Below are positions 1 to 14,005 of a DNA stretch of 64,000 bases, piece by piece. The DNA lies in NCBI GenBank assembly GCA_964016885.1, contig OZ024761.1:25110001-25174000 (forward strand). The letters run 5' to 3'. The first letter of the stretch is position 1. Each line of letters starts with the position of its first letter. The translations under genes were made by a program, and so were the position numbers. The notes below the pieces were generated by a model. It ran no database searches. It was not told the origin of the DNA and saw only the letters and a program-made list of their open reading frames with translations. This DNA is from Eledone cirrhosa. Its lineage: Eukaryota.

Positions 1-92
1 TGTATTTGCGCATTTTATTCATTTACACACTCACTGGCATACAAGTATATTTATGTATCAAATACTGTCATATGTATAACTGCACGCGTATG

Positions 93-140
<48 letters not shown>

Positions 141-252
141 TATGTATATATATATATGTGTGAGTATGTGTGCGTGTGTGTAAATATTTACTTATATATA
201 TATCTGTATATGAGAAGTAGATAGGCACATCTAAACATGCACACGCACACAC

Positions 253-301
<49 letters not shown>

Positions 302-844
302 CTTGTGTGTATGGATGTGTGTATGTGTGTGACGTATGTATTTATACCATAAATGATACATTTGAAAAAAAAAAATGAAACCGTCGATACCTTCGAAAAA
401 AATAACGAAGTTCTTCGTAGAAAAAAACGTTAACAGCAACAACAAAAAACAAACAAACAAAATAAACAACAAACAAACAAACTAAAGCAGTAACAAACTA
501 ATGCTTGGCAGGCTAACGTGGTTGAAGGGGATCTTTAGTACAAATGTAAATTTAGAAAAGGACTAAAAGGTTTCAAGCACTTGTTTAAAAATAAACTCTT
601 TCCAACAAAGTTAATGTAATTTACAATTGTAGGAAACATATCGTGAACATAATGAAGACTTGTCGGAACATTATCAATTACGTCCGAAATAAAATAGGCC
701 CAATCGTATAATTGAAAATACTTAACAAAACCAATTATTAACGAGACGAAGCTTACCTCTCCCGAAAAATAATTCTCCTTGTCAATTTATTACAAATTAC
801 AAGCTCTAAATAGAAGTTGGCTAATTGACAGTATCGTTGGGACA

Positions 845-985
845 TGGCTTAGTGGATAGAGAATTGGGCTAGCACTAGAAAGGTTGTGAGTTCGTTTCCG
901 GGGCAGCGTGATGTGTTGTGTCCTTGAGCAAGACACTTTATTTCACATTGCTCCAGTTTACTCAAGTGTAGAAATGAGTTGCGAT
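845..985 (+). mobile_element. tRNA-derived CORE-type SINE (5' part)
   Basis: A box TGGCTTAGTGG (845) and B-box-like GAGTTCGTTTCC (888), then the CORE-like TGTGTCCTTGAGCAAGACACTTTA..CTCCAGTTTACTC; homologous to 48955-49104. Confidence 0.75.
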
Positions 986-1520
986 CCTGCCAAATCAATG
1001 GGTGGCAGTAGTTCCAGCTGCCTGCATCGAAAGACTGGTGTAGTGGTACTGAGAACAATGCAGCTATGCAGATGATCAATGCAAATTGACAATGGAAAGC
1101 GCTCCCGCTCGAGTTAGAACATAAATATTGACCTTCAGGAGAAGCAGCGAACCCCTGATTGTATTCAGCAACCGAAACAAATATGAAGTACACCAAATCC
1201 AATGCTCCTTGGGGCGGCGGCCCTGATTCTTCTTATTTGCGAGTGTAAACTCGGCCAGATTAGATTATATATATATATATATATGGAAAGAGTCAAGACC
1301 CTGAAGGCTGAGCTCCGGCCAAATATATATATATATATACATAAACATATTCATTTTGTCTCATTCGTTCCAGTTCTCTGCATTCTGTGTTCAAATCCAA
1401 CCCCGGTCACCTTAACAAGGATTTTCTGGTTAATAGGTAACGTTTTCTTGTATATGACAAGAACGGGATGCCCATCCTACTACCACGCACTCAGACTCAC
1501 AAAAACACACACACACATAT

Positions 1521-1885
1521 CTAGTTGTCCCCCAGTATTCGCGGGGGGTCACATTTATAGATCACCCACGAATGAAAAACCGCCAATATTTGACGTGTTG
1601 CATAAAAAAAGCCTATAAATGTCAAAATATTACGTAAAATATAATGAAGGAAGAGAGAGCGTCTTATGCGAAGGAGCACCAATAGACCAGCAAATATGGT
1701 ATATTGTTATTAATAATTTAGCGTAAAAAATATATATATAGCCAAGAAAAATGCCATAAAAATACCGCAGAAGATATTTACGATTCCACGAATATGCGGT
1801 AGCTTCCAGGAACAGTTATTAGTTAGGTTCTAAGTAAAATTCCGCGAATAACTGAGACCATCAATGCCGAGACTATATTGCGTAT
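1521..1885. mobile_element. degenerate Tc1/mariner (pogo/Tigger-like) MITE
   Basis: Left end CTAGTTGTCCCCCAGTATTCGCGGGGG resembles Tigger/MER2-type TIRs; the right end has the complementary motif CCGCGAATAACTGAG before TA; ends are decayed. Confidence 0.4.
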
Positions 1886-2541
1886 ATATATATGTAAACG
1901 AAGGAAATATTAGAACGTGATCTCCTTCGGTTTCTGTTTACAACTTCCCACAAACTACTGTCTCCCTGAACTGATGATTTGAAACAGTAGTAGACCATCG
2001 TCAAATGCTTTCTTCCAAGATATATTAACTACATATTCCATCATGAATCGAGTACTTCTTATAATAGTGGCCTTTCCTAGCTTAGCACCGTGTATCGTAT
2101 AGACACACACACACTCTTTCTCTCTCTAACCGCTGGAGCCACTTTTTTAACATAAAAACAGGTAGAATTTCCAAAACTAATCAGATTAGAGCAAACATCA
2201 CGGACGCTCTATCTCAATATTATTTTTGAAAAGCATTAGAAATGCGCAACCGGTAAAACTTAAAACCAAAACTGAATACTAACCAATTCTATTACTAATT
2301 CTCACTTATTCCTAATTAAACTATTTTTCACTGTGAACAATTTGTCAGCATTTTCTTTTCCGTTTACCAATATATATATATATATACATATATAAATATA
2401 TATATGTAGAAGAGATATTTAATTTGTTAGAAATCTAACAAATATAGATGTTTATAACTGATTCAGAGCACTTTCCAGAGATAACTTGAACCGTTAAGGT
2501 ATATTATCTTTGGTAATGTCAAATATTTATAAAACATTTTG

Positions 2542-2603
2542 TATTTTATCTGATGATATCGTACCAAAATTGTTGATACCCTTGAAATATATATAATAGA
2601 ATA
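2542..2603 (+). ncRNA. type I hammerhead ribozyme motif, family A (stem II decayed)
   Basis: TATTTTAT-CTGATGA-(27 nt)-GAAA-T-ATAT-A-TA^ATAGAATA: 8-bp stem I, intact core, palindromic loop 3; homologous to 48753 and 49499. Confidence 0.65.
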
Positions 2604-2651
2604 AATATGGTTTTATAAATATAGTTTCCATTTATTTAATATCATTGTGTA

Positions 2652-2700
<49 letters not shown>

Positions 2701-2706
<6 letters not shown>

Positions 2707-2940
2707 TAAAATAACAGATTAAAGTTTAAGCAAAGAATCGCTGCTGAAATATCCAGTTCTGCGTTTACAGATTGACTTTGTTCAGAAGATCCCGTTAAGG
2801 GTGAAAGCAGCGATTCTTTGCTTAAACTTTAATCTGTTATTTTAATAAATATTTGCTCTACGGTTCTTATATATTTGATATATATCTTCCTTATCGAGCC
2901 CTCTTTGGATTTTAGTCTTCAATTTTATTATTATTACTAT
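2701..2940 (+). mobile_element. TA-flanked hairpin element, family B (Penelope pseudo-LTR-like) with variant hammerhead
   Basis: Perfect 45-bp inverted repeat 2701-2745/2806-2850 plus a 3' tail; CAGAAGA-TCCCGTTAAGGGT-GAAA-GCAG..TTGC-TT^AAAC at 2780-2827; other pieces at 6321-6353, 17949-17977, 44700-44771. Confidence 0.6.
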
Positions 2941-3021
2941 ATATATAGTGAAAGAGTGAAGAATAACATACGGAGTACTCACAACCTCGAACTGGATTAC
3001 CTATAACGATAATTTGTTATC

Positions 3022-3064
<43 letters not shown>

Positions 3065-4144
3065 CGTATGTATAGTATATTTGATAATATACTGTATGTT
3101 CAATGAAAAACATTTTGAAGACCATTAGCTAAGATATATATTGTGTATCATTGAATATATATGTGTGAGTGTGTGTATATTTATGTATGTATGTATGTAT
3201 ACATCTCTGTATACCATTGCTTCGCGGATTACATCACGTATATTCGAAAATAAAACTTAATAAGTAGTTGGGCTGATATTATCTACTAAATACCTGTCAG
3301 AATTTTGCCCATGCTTGGTCATGTTCTAATGAAAGAAAATGCGGTAAAATGGCGGCGTTCTGATGAAATTCTTAAGCTACTACTTAACGTAATCTGGAAG
3401 ATATTAGTAACAAAACATAGCTTGAGAGTAGCTGATGTGTGATGTTACATATATAAGCTGCTGTAGATTATTTCATTAACAGGTACGTATGAGGAAGAAC
3501 AGATTAATTTACTTGAAAAACTGATGAGATTCTCTGAAAGAAATTTTGGAAATACGCGTACAAAAACCTAACACACATACCGACATAATTACATATCAAT
3601 GATAGATACAGCAACACAGAATTAAATGTACAAAAACGTACATACATACACACATAAATACATACCAACGATAGATACATTAATACACAAATGTACACAA
3701 ACGTTAATACATACACTCAGAAATACATACCAACGATGGATACATTAATACACAAATGTAAACAAAGGTAAATACATACACACATAAATACACACCAACG
3801 AAGGCACATCGATATAGAATTAAATGTGCACAAACGTATATACATACATATACACATGTAAAGAGATAGGTACATGCTGCCTACTTACACATGCCCTCCC
3901 CAAACACCCTATAAATATATATATATATATACTTATATATATATATTTATATATATACTTACAGATTTTAAATAGAAAACGCAACGTAAAAAACAAGCAC
4001 CAGTACCACAAACATGAAGGATTGAAGTATTACAGTTTCAACAACAATAAATGGAGATTATTCTTACTTCTAACTAAACTAATTCTGTTCTGTATTTGTG
4101 TTTTTGTTTCTGTAGTATATATATATATGCATATGAGTGTATGC

Positions 4145-4149
<5 letters not shown>

Positions 4150-4176
<27 letters not shown>

Positions 4177-4496
4177 CTATATATATATATATAAAAGCAT
4201 ATATATATATACATACATATACTCACACACATGCATATATAACCATATATATATACATTCACACACGCACATATGTATGCATAAATATATATATATGCAT
4301 ATAGATATATATACATATACACATATATATATATACACATATATGCATATAGATATATATACATATACACATATATATATATACATATATATACATATAT
4401 ATACATATATATACATATATATACATATATATACATATATATATATATACATATACATAGATATATATACACATATATACATATATATATATACAC

Positions 4497-4537
<41 letters not shown>

Positions 4538-4574
4538 TACTTATATATACATATATACATATACATATATACAT

Positions 4575-4605
<31 letters not shown>

Positions 4606-4702
4606 TACATATATACATATATATATATATATACATATATACATATTATATATATATACATATATACATATTATATATATATATATATATATACATATTA
4701 TA

Positions 4703-4738
<36 letters not shown>

Positions 4739-4773
4739 CTTATATATATATATATACTTATATATACATATAC

Positions 4774-4806
<33 letters not shown>

Positions 4807-5100
4807 CTTATATATACATATATACAACCATATATATATATATATATACATACATATATATATACATATATAAAACCATATATATATATATATACATATA
4901 TATATACATATATAAAACCATATATATATATATATATATATACATATATATATAAAACCATATATATATACATATATATATATACAAATATAAAACCATA
5001 TATATACATACATATAACCATATATATACATACACACACACATATATATATATATATATGCATACATATATATATATGCATACATATATATACATACATA
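4150..5100. repeat. (TA)n/(TACA)n compound microsatellite
   Basis: Direct inspection. Confidence 0.95.
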
Positions 5101-5650
5101 CACGCATATATACGAGCATCTACATGCATACGGTTCAAAATAAGAGGATTTCCTAAATTTAACAAAAGCACCTATAGCTAAATGAATCAGAAAGGTTGGT
5201 AACAGTGTATTTAGAAATGTAGAGTCGGAATCAAAAGCCCCTTTATACATTTCAATAGTGTTTTGTGCATGTACTAATTTATGTATGTATATATGTATAG
5301 ATGCATGTATGTATGTACTAATGCATGTAAGTATAGATGCATGTATGTATGTACTTATGTATGTATGTATGTATAGATGCAAGTATGTATGTACTAATGT
5401 ATGTATATATGTAAATGTGTATGTAGGTATGTATATATGTATGTGTATATGCATCTATGTGTATATGTAAGTGTGTATGTATATGTGTATGCATGTATCG
5501 ATGTCTGTGTATACGTAGTATTATACACGTCTTTTCTGTTGAAAATAAATGCGCTGAAGATTTTTCAATGAAGCTATTGAAAACAGTACATACAAACCAG
5601 ACTTTTTCAAAGACATACCTAATAGATAAATTACGCAGTGATGTCTTTAC

Positions 5651-5652
<2 letters not shown>

Positions 5653-5748
<96 letters not shown>

Positions 5749-5977
5749 ATATATATTATATATATATATATATATTATATATATATATATTATATATATA
5801 TTATATATATATATATTATATATATATATATATTATATATATATATATTATATATATATATATATTATATATATATATATATTATATATATATATATATA
5901 TTATATATATATATATATTATATATATATATTATATATATATATATATATTATATATATATATATATATTATATATA

Positions 5978-6072
<95 letters not shown>

Positions 6073-6074
6073 AT

Positions 6075-6106
<32 letters not shown>

Positions 6107-6161
6107 ATTATATATATATATATTATATATATATATATATATTATATATATATATATATAT

Positions 6162-6193
<32 letters not shown>

Positions 6194-6322
6194 ATATATA
6201 TATTATATATATTATATATATATATATATATTATATATATATATATATTATATATTTTATATATATATATAATATATATATTATATATATATATATTATA
6301 TATATATATATTATATATATAT
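5653..6322. repeat. (TA)nT microsatellite
   Basis: Direct inspection; shorter in copy 2 (17557-17950). Confidence 0.95.
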
Positions 6323-6449
6323 TTATTAAAATAACAGATTAAAGTTTAAAGCAATATATATATATATATAGATATATACATATACATATATACATATATA
6401 CAAACATACATACATACATACATACATAAATATATATATACATATATAC

Positions 6450-6496
<47 letters not shown>

Positions 6497-6545
6497 TATA
6501 TACACACATATACAGTCATATACACAGGCACACAGATACAGACAC

Positions 6546-6590
<45 letters not shown>

Positions 6591-6936
6591 ATGACTGAAT
6601 CAATGAAAGAACGAGTTAAATGAGATTGTTTGTAATGACGTACTACATTTGTTTGGCACAGGTTTTAGCTGCGTGATGTGTAACAGGAATTAGCGAGTTT
6701 ATATATGCTGTGCTACTGCAGGGGTTCCGGTTTCTATTTCACGTCGTGTCCCATTAAGCAAGCCTCTTGGTAATATATATACATTACCATGTCTTAGCTG
6801 TAGAGACTGTCACCCTTTCTCCTTCTCAATTTCTTTCTTTCGTTGATTAATTATCTTTGACGATTTTAATTAACGTGCGTTAATTAAAATGTAATATATT
6901 TAACCGTTTTGGATTTTCTTTATCAATGTAGTGTTT

Positions 6937-6992
<56 letters not shown>

Positions 6993-6995
<3 letters not shown>

Positions 6996-7184
6996 GGAAA
7001 AAAGGCAGAACACCGACGGCAGAGCTCAAGCCGTTTCGTCAGCTATTTCCAGAAATAGCCGTCGAAACGGCTTGAGCTCTGACGTCGGATTTAACTGTTT
7101 TCCTATTACCCACTCTACTACCCATAGTATCGAGTACTCTGGGCTTTTATGGTCCACCTGGTTCCTTACACACTTCCTTTGTTA
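6993..7184 (+). mobile_element. TA-flanked hairpin element, family F (hammerhead half-core)
   Basis: Inverted repeat 7013-7049/7052-7088 containing GAAACGGC..GTC, plus tail ATTACCCACTCTACTACCC..; relatives at 18615, 31796 (tail only), 49726. Confidence 0.6.
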
Positions 7185-7298
7185 TATATATATATATATA
7201 TAAATGATGTATTAAAACATAATAGATATGTTTCGAATATTATGTTTCTCAATAAGTAAGTTCAATAGACTTTATCTAGAACCATAATAAACCCATTG

Positions 7299-7520
7299 AA
7301 AGATATATGTTTATATATAGAGAAAGGGCCATATATCGTAAGATAAACACGGTATATTGTATAAATACCAAATTGTAAGAAGAACCTTACTATAAGGTTT
7401 CACTTACGTTGCCATTTATGTAGATATTCTTCTATTGACTATGTATTTGGTTTATACAATATACCGTGTTCTTTTTAATGATATATGGCTCTTTCTCTCT
7501 CTATATAAACATATATCTTT
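7299..7520. repeat. ~75-bp imperfect inverted repeat element between TA tracts
   Basis: 7299-7373 is the reverse complement of 7445-7520; duplicate at ~18921-19142. Confidence 0.75.
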
Positions 7521-7534
7521 TAATTTGGTTTTAC

Positions 7535-7574
<40 letters not shown>

Positions 7575-7790
7575 GAAATTTAGTTTATATCAGTTTACTT
7601 AATAATAGTGCTTACAGATATTTTCCTTTCCTACGCGATACTTGTAACTTCTGTTTGCTCTTTCACATACCTTACGCACACACCTTCCCCTCTTAGAATA
7701 TATATATATATATATATACAGACACAAATAAATATATATATACATACATAATGAAATACATATATTTATATGTATATATTCCTAAATAAG

Positions 7791-8415
7791 TCTTTATATA
7801 TAAAGTTGTATTCCTGTCTGTTTGTTTGTTCACGAATTCCTCCGATGTTTATGGTCATAGATCCCTATAACCATATATATTCTGAGACTACATTGCCCAA
7901 GGTACTTGTATAAGTATATTTCATTTTAATCAAAGGGTTCCCCGGGGGCACAAACACCCGCTGAATTTTTTTTTCCCTTCGATTTATATGAAATATAAAC
8001 CATGGGTAAATGACAAGATATGATGCCTATTCACAAAAGTTTTGAATTGATAATTTGAAAAAAATTATTTACAAGAAACAAAATAAGAATAATATTTAAT
8101 AATGTAATTTTGATTTGAAATATTACAAAAACTAATGTTTTCCAATTTGTCATTCATTACGTTTTACATCGAGTAATATTGAAATGCAAAATTTTTCTCC
8201 TTAAATTATACCAATGATTTAAAATCAATCATTATTTTCTTACAAAAAAGTTCAAATCCCGCCGAGGTTGACTTTGCCTTTCATCCTTACGGGGTCGATA
8301 AAATAAAGTACCAGTAACGCACTGGGTAATTGCTGGCCTTGTGCCTAAAGTAGAAACAATTATTTTCTTACAAAAAAAAAAAGTGAAACGCAGCAAGGCG
8401 CAGGTAATTCGGCTA

Positions 8416-8416
<1 letters not shown>
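7791..8416 (+). mobile_element. non-autonomous Helitron-like element (with nested SINE)
   Basis: 5' TCTTTATATATAAAG..CTGTCTGTTTGTTTG; 3' GC-rich subterminal motif then CTAG|T; 498 bp in copy 2 versus 626 bp here. Confidence 0.6.
8250..8358 (+). mobile_element. 5'-truncated tRNA-SINE insertion with 19-bp TSD
   Basis: TSD ATTATTTTCTTACAAAAAA at 8231-8249 and 8359-8377; empty site at ~19851-19869. Confidence 0.92.
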
Positions 8417-8452
<36 letters not shown>

Positions 8453-8759
8453 TACGTACATATATGTGTGTGTGTGTGTGTGTGTGTATGTTTGTGACTG
8501 TGGAGATACACACATTCACACAACCAGAATCAGTGACAGAGACACATATATGTATTTATTTTATTGATCTTTCACTACAATTAGTTTGACTTTAATTACT
8601 ACAGAAATAGCTATGCAATACAATTGAGTACCCACTACCACAACCAACACCACTAATAACACCATCAACTCCCCCGCCAGCAGCATCACTACCGCGGCGT
8701 ACACCGTCACCAACATTACCACCATTGCCACCATTGCCACTACCGACATCACCAACACG

Positions 8760-10980
8760 ACCACCAACACCATCACACACCACCATTACCACTACCAACA
8801 CCATCACACACCACCATTACCACTACCAACACCACCATCACCATCACACACCACCATTACCACTACCAACACCACCAACACCATCACACACCACCATTAC
8901 CAACACCACCATCATAACACCACCATTACCACTACCAACACCATCACACACCACCATTACCACTACCAACACCACCAACACCATCACACACCACCATTAC
9001 CACTGCCAACACCACCATCATAACACCACCATTACCACTACCAACACCATCACACACCACCATTACCACTACCAACACCACCAACACCATCACACACCAC
9101 CATTACCACTGCCAACACCACCATCATAACACCACCATTACCACTACCATTACACACCACCATTACCACTACCAACACCACCAACACCATCACACACCAC
9201 CATTACCACTACCAACACCATCACACACCACCATTACCACTACCAACACCATTACACACCACCATTACCACTACCAACACCACCAACACCATCACACACC
9301 ACCATTACCACTACCAACACCATCACACACCACCATTACCACTACCAACACCATCACACACCACCATTACCACTACCAACACCACCATCACCATCACACA
9401 CCACCATTACCACTACCAACACCACCAACACCATCACACACCACCATTACCAACACCACCATCATAACACCACCATTACCACTACCAACACCATCACACA
9501 CCACCATTACCACTACCAACACCACCAACACCATCACACACCACCATTACCACTACCAACACCACCATCACACACCACCATTACCACTGCCAACACCACC
9601 ATCATAACACCACCATTACCACTACCAACACCATCACACACCACCATTACCACTACCAACACCACCATCACACACCACCATTACCAACACCACCAACACC
9701 ATCACACACCACCATTACCAACACCACCATCACACACCACCATTACCACTGCCAACACCACCATCATAACACCACCATTACCACTGCCAACACCACCATC
9801 ATAACACCACCATTACCACTACCAACACCATCACACACCACCATTACCACTACCAACACCACCATCACCATCACACACCACCATTACCACTACCAACACC
9901 ACCATCACACACCACCATTACCAACACCACCAACACCATCACACACCACCATTACCACTGCCAACACCACCATCACACACCACCATTACCACTGCCAACA
10001 CCACCATCACACACCACCATTACCACTACCAACAACACCATCACACACCACCATTACCACTACCAACACCACCATCATAACACCACCATTACCACTACCA
10101 ACACCACCATCACCATCACACACCACCATTACCACTACCAACACCACCAACACCATCACACACCACCATTACCACTACCAACACCACCAACACCATCACA
10201 CACCACCATTACCACTACCAACACCACCATCACACACCACCATTACCACTACCAACACCACCATCACACACCACCATTACCAACACCACCAACACCATCA
10301 CACACCACCATTACCACTGCCAACACCACCATCACACACCACCATTACCACTACCAACACACACCACCATTACCACTGCCAACACCACCATCATAACACC
10401 ACCATTACCACTGCCAACACCACCATCACACACCACCATTACCACTACCAACACCACCATCACACACCACCATCACACACCACCATTACCACTGCCAACA
10501 CCACCATCATAACACCACCATTACCACTACCAACACCATCACACACCACCATTACCACTACCAACACCACCATCACCATCACACACCACCATTACCACTA
10601 CCAACACCACCATCACACACCACCATTACCAACACCACCAACACCATCACACACCACCATTACCACTGCCAACACCATCACACACCACCATTACCACTAC
10701 CAACACCACCAACACCATCACACACCACCATTACCACTACCAACACCACCATCACACACCACCATTACCACTACCAACACCACCATCACACACCACCATT
10801 ACCACTACCAACACCACCATCACACACCACCATTACCACTACCAACACCACCATCACACACCACCATTACCACTACCAACACCACCAACACCATCACACA
10901 CCACCATTACCACTACCAACACCACCAACACCATCACACACTACCATTACCACTACCAACACCACCAACAGCAACCCTAA
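8760..10980 (+). repeat. CAC-rich minisatellite, ~30-39 bp units (CACCACCATTACCACTACCAACACCATCACA variants)
   Basis: Direct inspection. Confidence 0.95.
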
Positions 10981-11369
10981 CACCTACAACACCACCGTTG
11001 CAACTACCAACACATCACCAACACCACCAAAAACACCATCAACACCACCACTAACACCAACACCGCCAACACCACCAGCGCCAACACCACCGCCATAAAC
11101 ACCGCCAACACCATCACCATAAACACCACCACCAACGCCAGCACCAGCATCGCCAACACCACCGCCAACACCGTCACCATACACACCACCGCCAACACCA
11201 CCACAAACACCGTCACCATACACCCCACCGCCAACACACCTCCGCTGCTGCCCACACTCCGACAGTATCTCTGACCTTTCTCAATGATTAAAGACCAAAC
11301 CAACCAACTGACTAAAACCTCGCTAACTTTAAAACTACTTTACTATTCTGTTACACACAAATGCACAGT

Positions 11370-11705
11370 CACAGTCACACACACACACTCACACACACAC
11401 ACGCATGCATACAGACAGACACACACACACAGGCAGGCAGGCATAAGACAGACAGACACACACACACACACGCAGGCAGGCATACATACAGACACACACA
11501 CACAGTCAGGCAGGCATAAGACAGACAGACAGACAGACACACACACACAGGCAGGCAGGCATACAGACAGACACACACACAGGCAGGCAGGTATACATAC
11601 ATACAGACAGGCAGACAGACAGACAGACAGACAGACAGCCAGACAGACAGACACACACACACATACATACACACACACACATCACTCCTCAACACACACA
11701 CACAC
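11370..11705. repeat. (CA)n/(GACA)n/(GGCA)n compound repeat
   Basis: Direct inspection. Confidence 0.9.
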
Positions 11706-12452
11706 CAATGCATGCACATAGAAACTCACTCTCTCTGTCTCTCTCTCCTTCTCTCCTGTAAATACATCTCTCCACCCAATAACATCATCAAGTAGAGTAT
11801 ATATATCACCAACTAGAACACACCACCACCACACCAACACACCAACCCTGGCCTACTACTACACACCACCACCACCACACCAACACCACCCACCATCATC
11901 AACTAAAACACACCACCACCATCATCACCACCCCACCAACAAACCCCCACCATCACCAACTACAACACACCACCACCACCTCCACCGCCGCACCAACACA
12001 CCCCGACCTTCAACAACTACAACACACCACCACCACCATCACACCAACACCCCCCCACCATCATCAACTAGAACACCCCACCACTACACCAATACCCTCA
12101 CCCACTACAACCCCCCCCCCACCATCAACTAGAACCCCCCCCCCCAACCATCACCGACTAGAACACACCGCCACCACCACACAAACACACCACCACCATC
12201 ACCAACTACAACACACACCACCACCACCCTAGCCTACTACAACACACATCCCCGCCCTACTACAACACACCACCACCACCCTACTACAACACACCACCAC
12301 CAGAGACCAGGAGGCGACACGAATGTCTAGTTCAGTCTTTCTATTTCACTAACTACTTTATACGGCAGCTATAGAATCTGAGTGCATCTGTATATATATT
12401 TGTGGATATATATATATATATATATATATACATGTGTGTATATAGAAGTGCA

Positions 12453-12499
<47 letters not shown>

Positions 12500-12680
12500 T
12501 TTACGTATCGAGAGAGAATAGATATATATTTGTAAATGTAGAAATGCATGTGAATATGTATGAGTGCATGTGTGTGTGTATATATATACATACAGACTTT
12601 TATACACACATTTATACACAAACTTACATAAACATATGCAGTCGTATATACATACATATATATATATATATATGTATGTC

Positions 12681-12754
<74 letters not shown>

Positions 12755-13164
12755 TCCGTGTGTAAAATAAAGAAAGCATCAACTTTCCTGGCGTGACATT
12801 CATTCATTAACGAACACGATCTTTTCATTAGACAACGACCTCTACGCATGCGTGAATGTCTGTAGTTTTTGCCTGTCACGTGGTTTATATATGACCCAGT
12901 CACCTCCCAACTGACTAGGCTCTTTTTTGTCTCTGTCATTCACACGTAAATCCCTGCCTCAGCGTTTGCATTCTAACGTTAGCTCAACGATACAAAATCA
13001 CACATGCTGGGGTCCATGTTGATTCACTGTATTAATATCACCAATCTCTAGGCCAGTGACTCCCAACGTGGAGCGAACCCCCAACAGGGAGGCAATGTGA
13101 ATAATTAAGGGGGCCATTTGAAAATGGTGTTAATGAGAACAAACCTCAGGTTTTACTTTCTTAC

Positions 13165-13795
13165 TGTTACACCAAGTAAACTTCGGTACATATTACTGTC
13201 AGAAACTCCTGTCTCACCTCCTCCATATATTATTGCACATTTGGCACCATCTACACCAAGGCAACTTTGGTACACATTACTGTCAGAAACTCTTATCTCA
13301 CCTCCATATATTATTGTACATTTGGCACCATCTATACCAAGGCAACTTTGGTACACATTACTGTCAGAAACTCTTATCTCACCTCCATATATTATTGTAC
13401 ATTTGGCACCATCTATACCAAGGCAACTTTGGTACAAATTACTGTCAGAAACTCCTTTCTCACCTCCTTCATATATTATTGTACACTTGGCACCATCTAT
13501 ACCTAGGCAACTTTGGTACACATTACTGTCAGAAACTCCTTTCTCACCTCCTTCATATATTATTGTACATTTGGCACCATCTGCACCAAGGCAACTTTGG
13601 TACAAATTACTGTCAGAAACTATTATTTCACCTCCTCCATATATTATTGTACATTTGGCACCATCTACACCGGGGTGCTTTGGTACACATTACTGTCAGT
13701 AACTGTTATCTCACCTCCTCCATATATTATTGTACATTTAGCACCATCTACACCAGGGTACTTTGGTACACATTATCTCCAAAAATCCTGTCTCA
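13165..13795 (+). repeat. 81/84-bp minisatellite, ~7 copies
   Basis: Unit TTTGGTACACATTACTGTCAGAAACTC..GGCACCATCTATACCAAGGCAAC; period 81 (13271 to 13352) or 84. Confidence 0.93.
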
Positions 13796-14005
13796 CCGGG
13801 ATTACAGTGGCTTTTGTGTGCTATCTCCAAGTGTAAACATTGGAATCGCCTAAGCTTTGAGGAATTTATTATGTTTTTTTATCAAACATTTATATTCGTA
13901 ATCTTTGTCATAAAATTTATTTTACACAAAAACACTATCGCCCTGTATCACATTTACTGTCTCCTAAATATGAGCACTGTGTGGCTAATGAAGAAAGTAA
14001 TAAAC

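Noticed and set aside
1971-1995. CTGATGA-TTT-GAAAC motif
   Set aside because: No room for stem II and no stem I
8725-10980. Thr/His/Pro mucin-like ORF
   Set aside because: Unit lengths shift frame and TAA stops recur; non-coding minisatellite
13153-13605. 84-bp period with GEK suggesting a C2H2 zinc-finger array
   Set aside because: No C-x2-C/H-x3-H spacing in any frame
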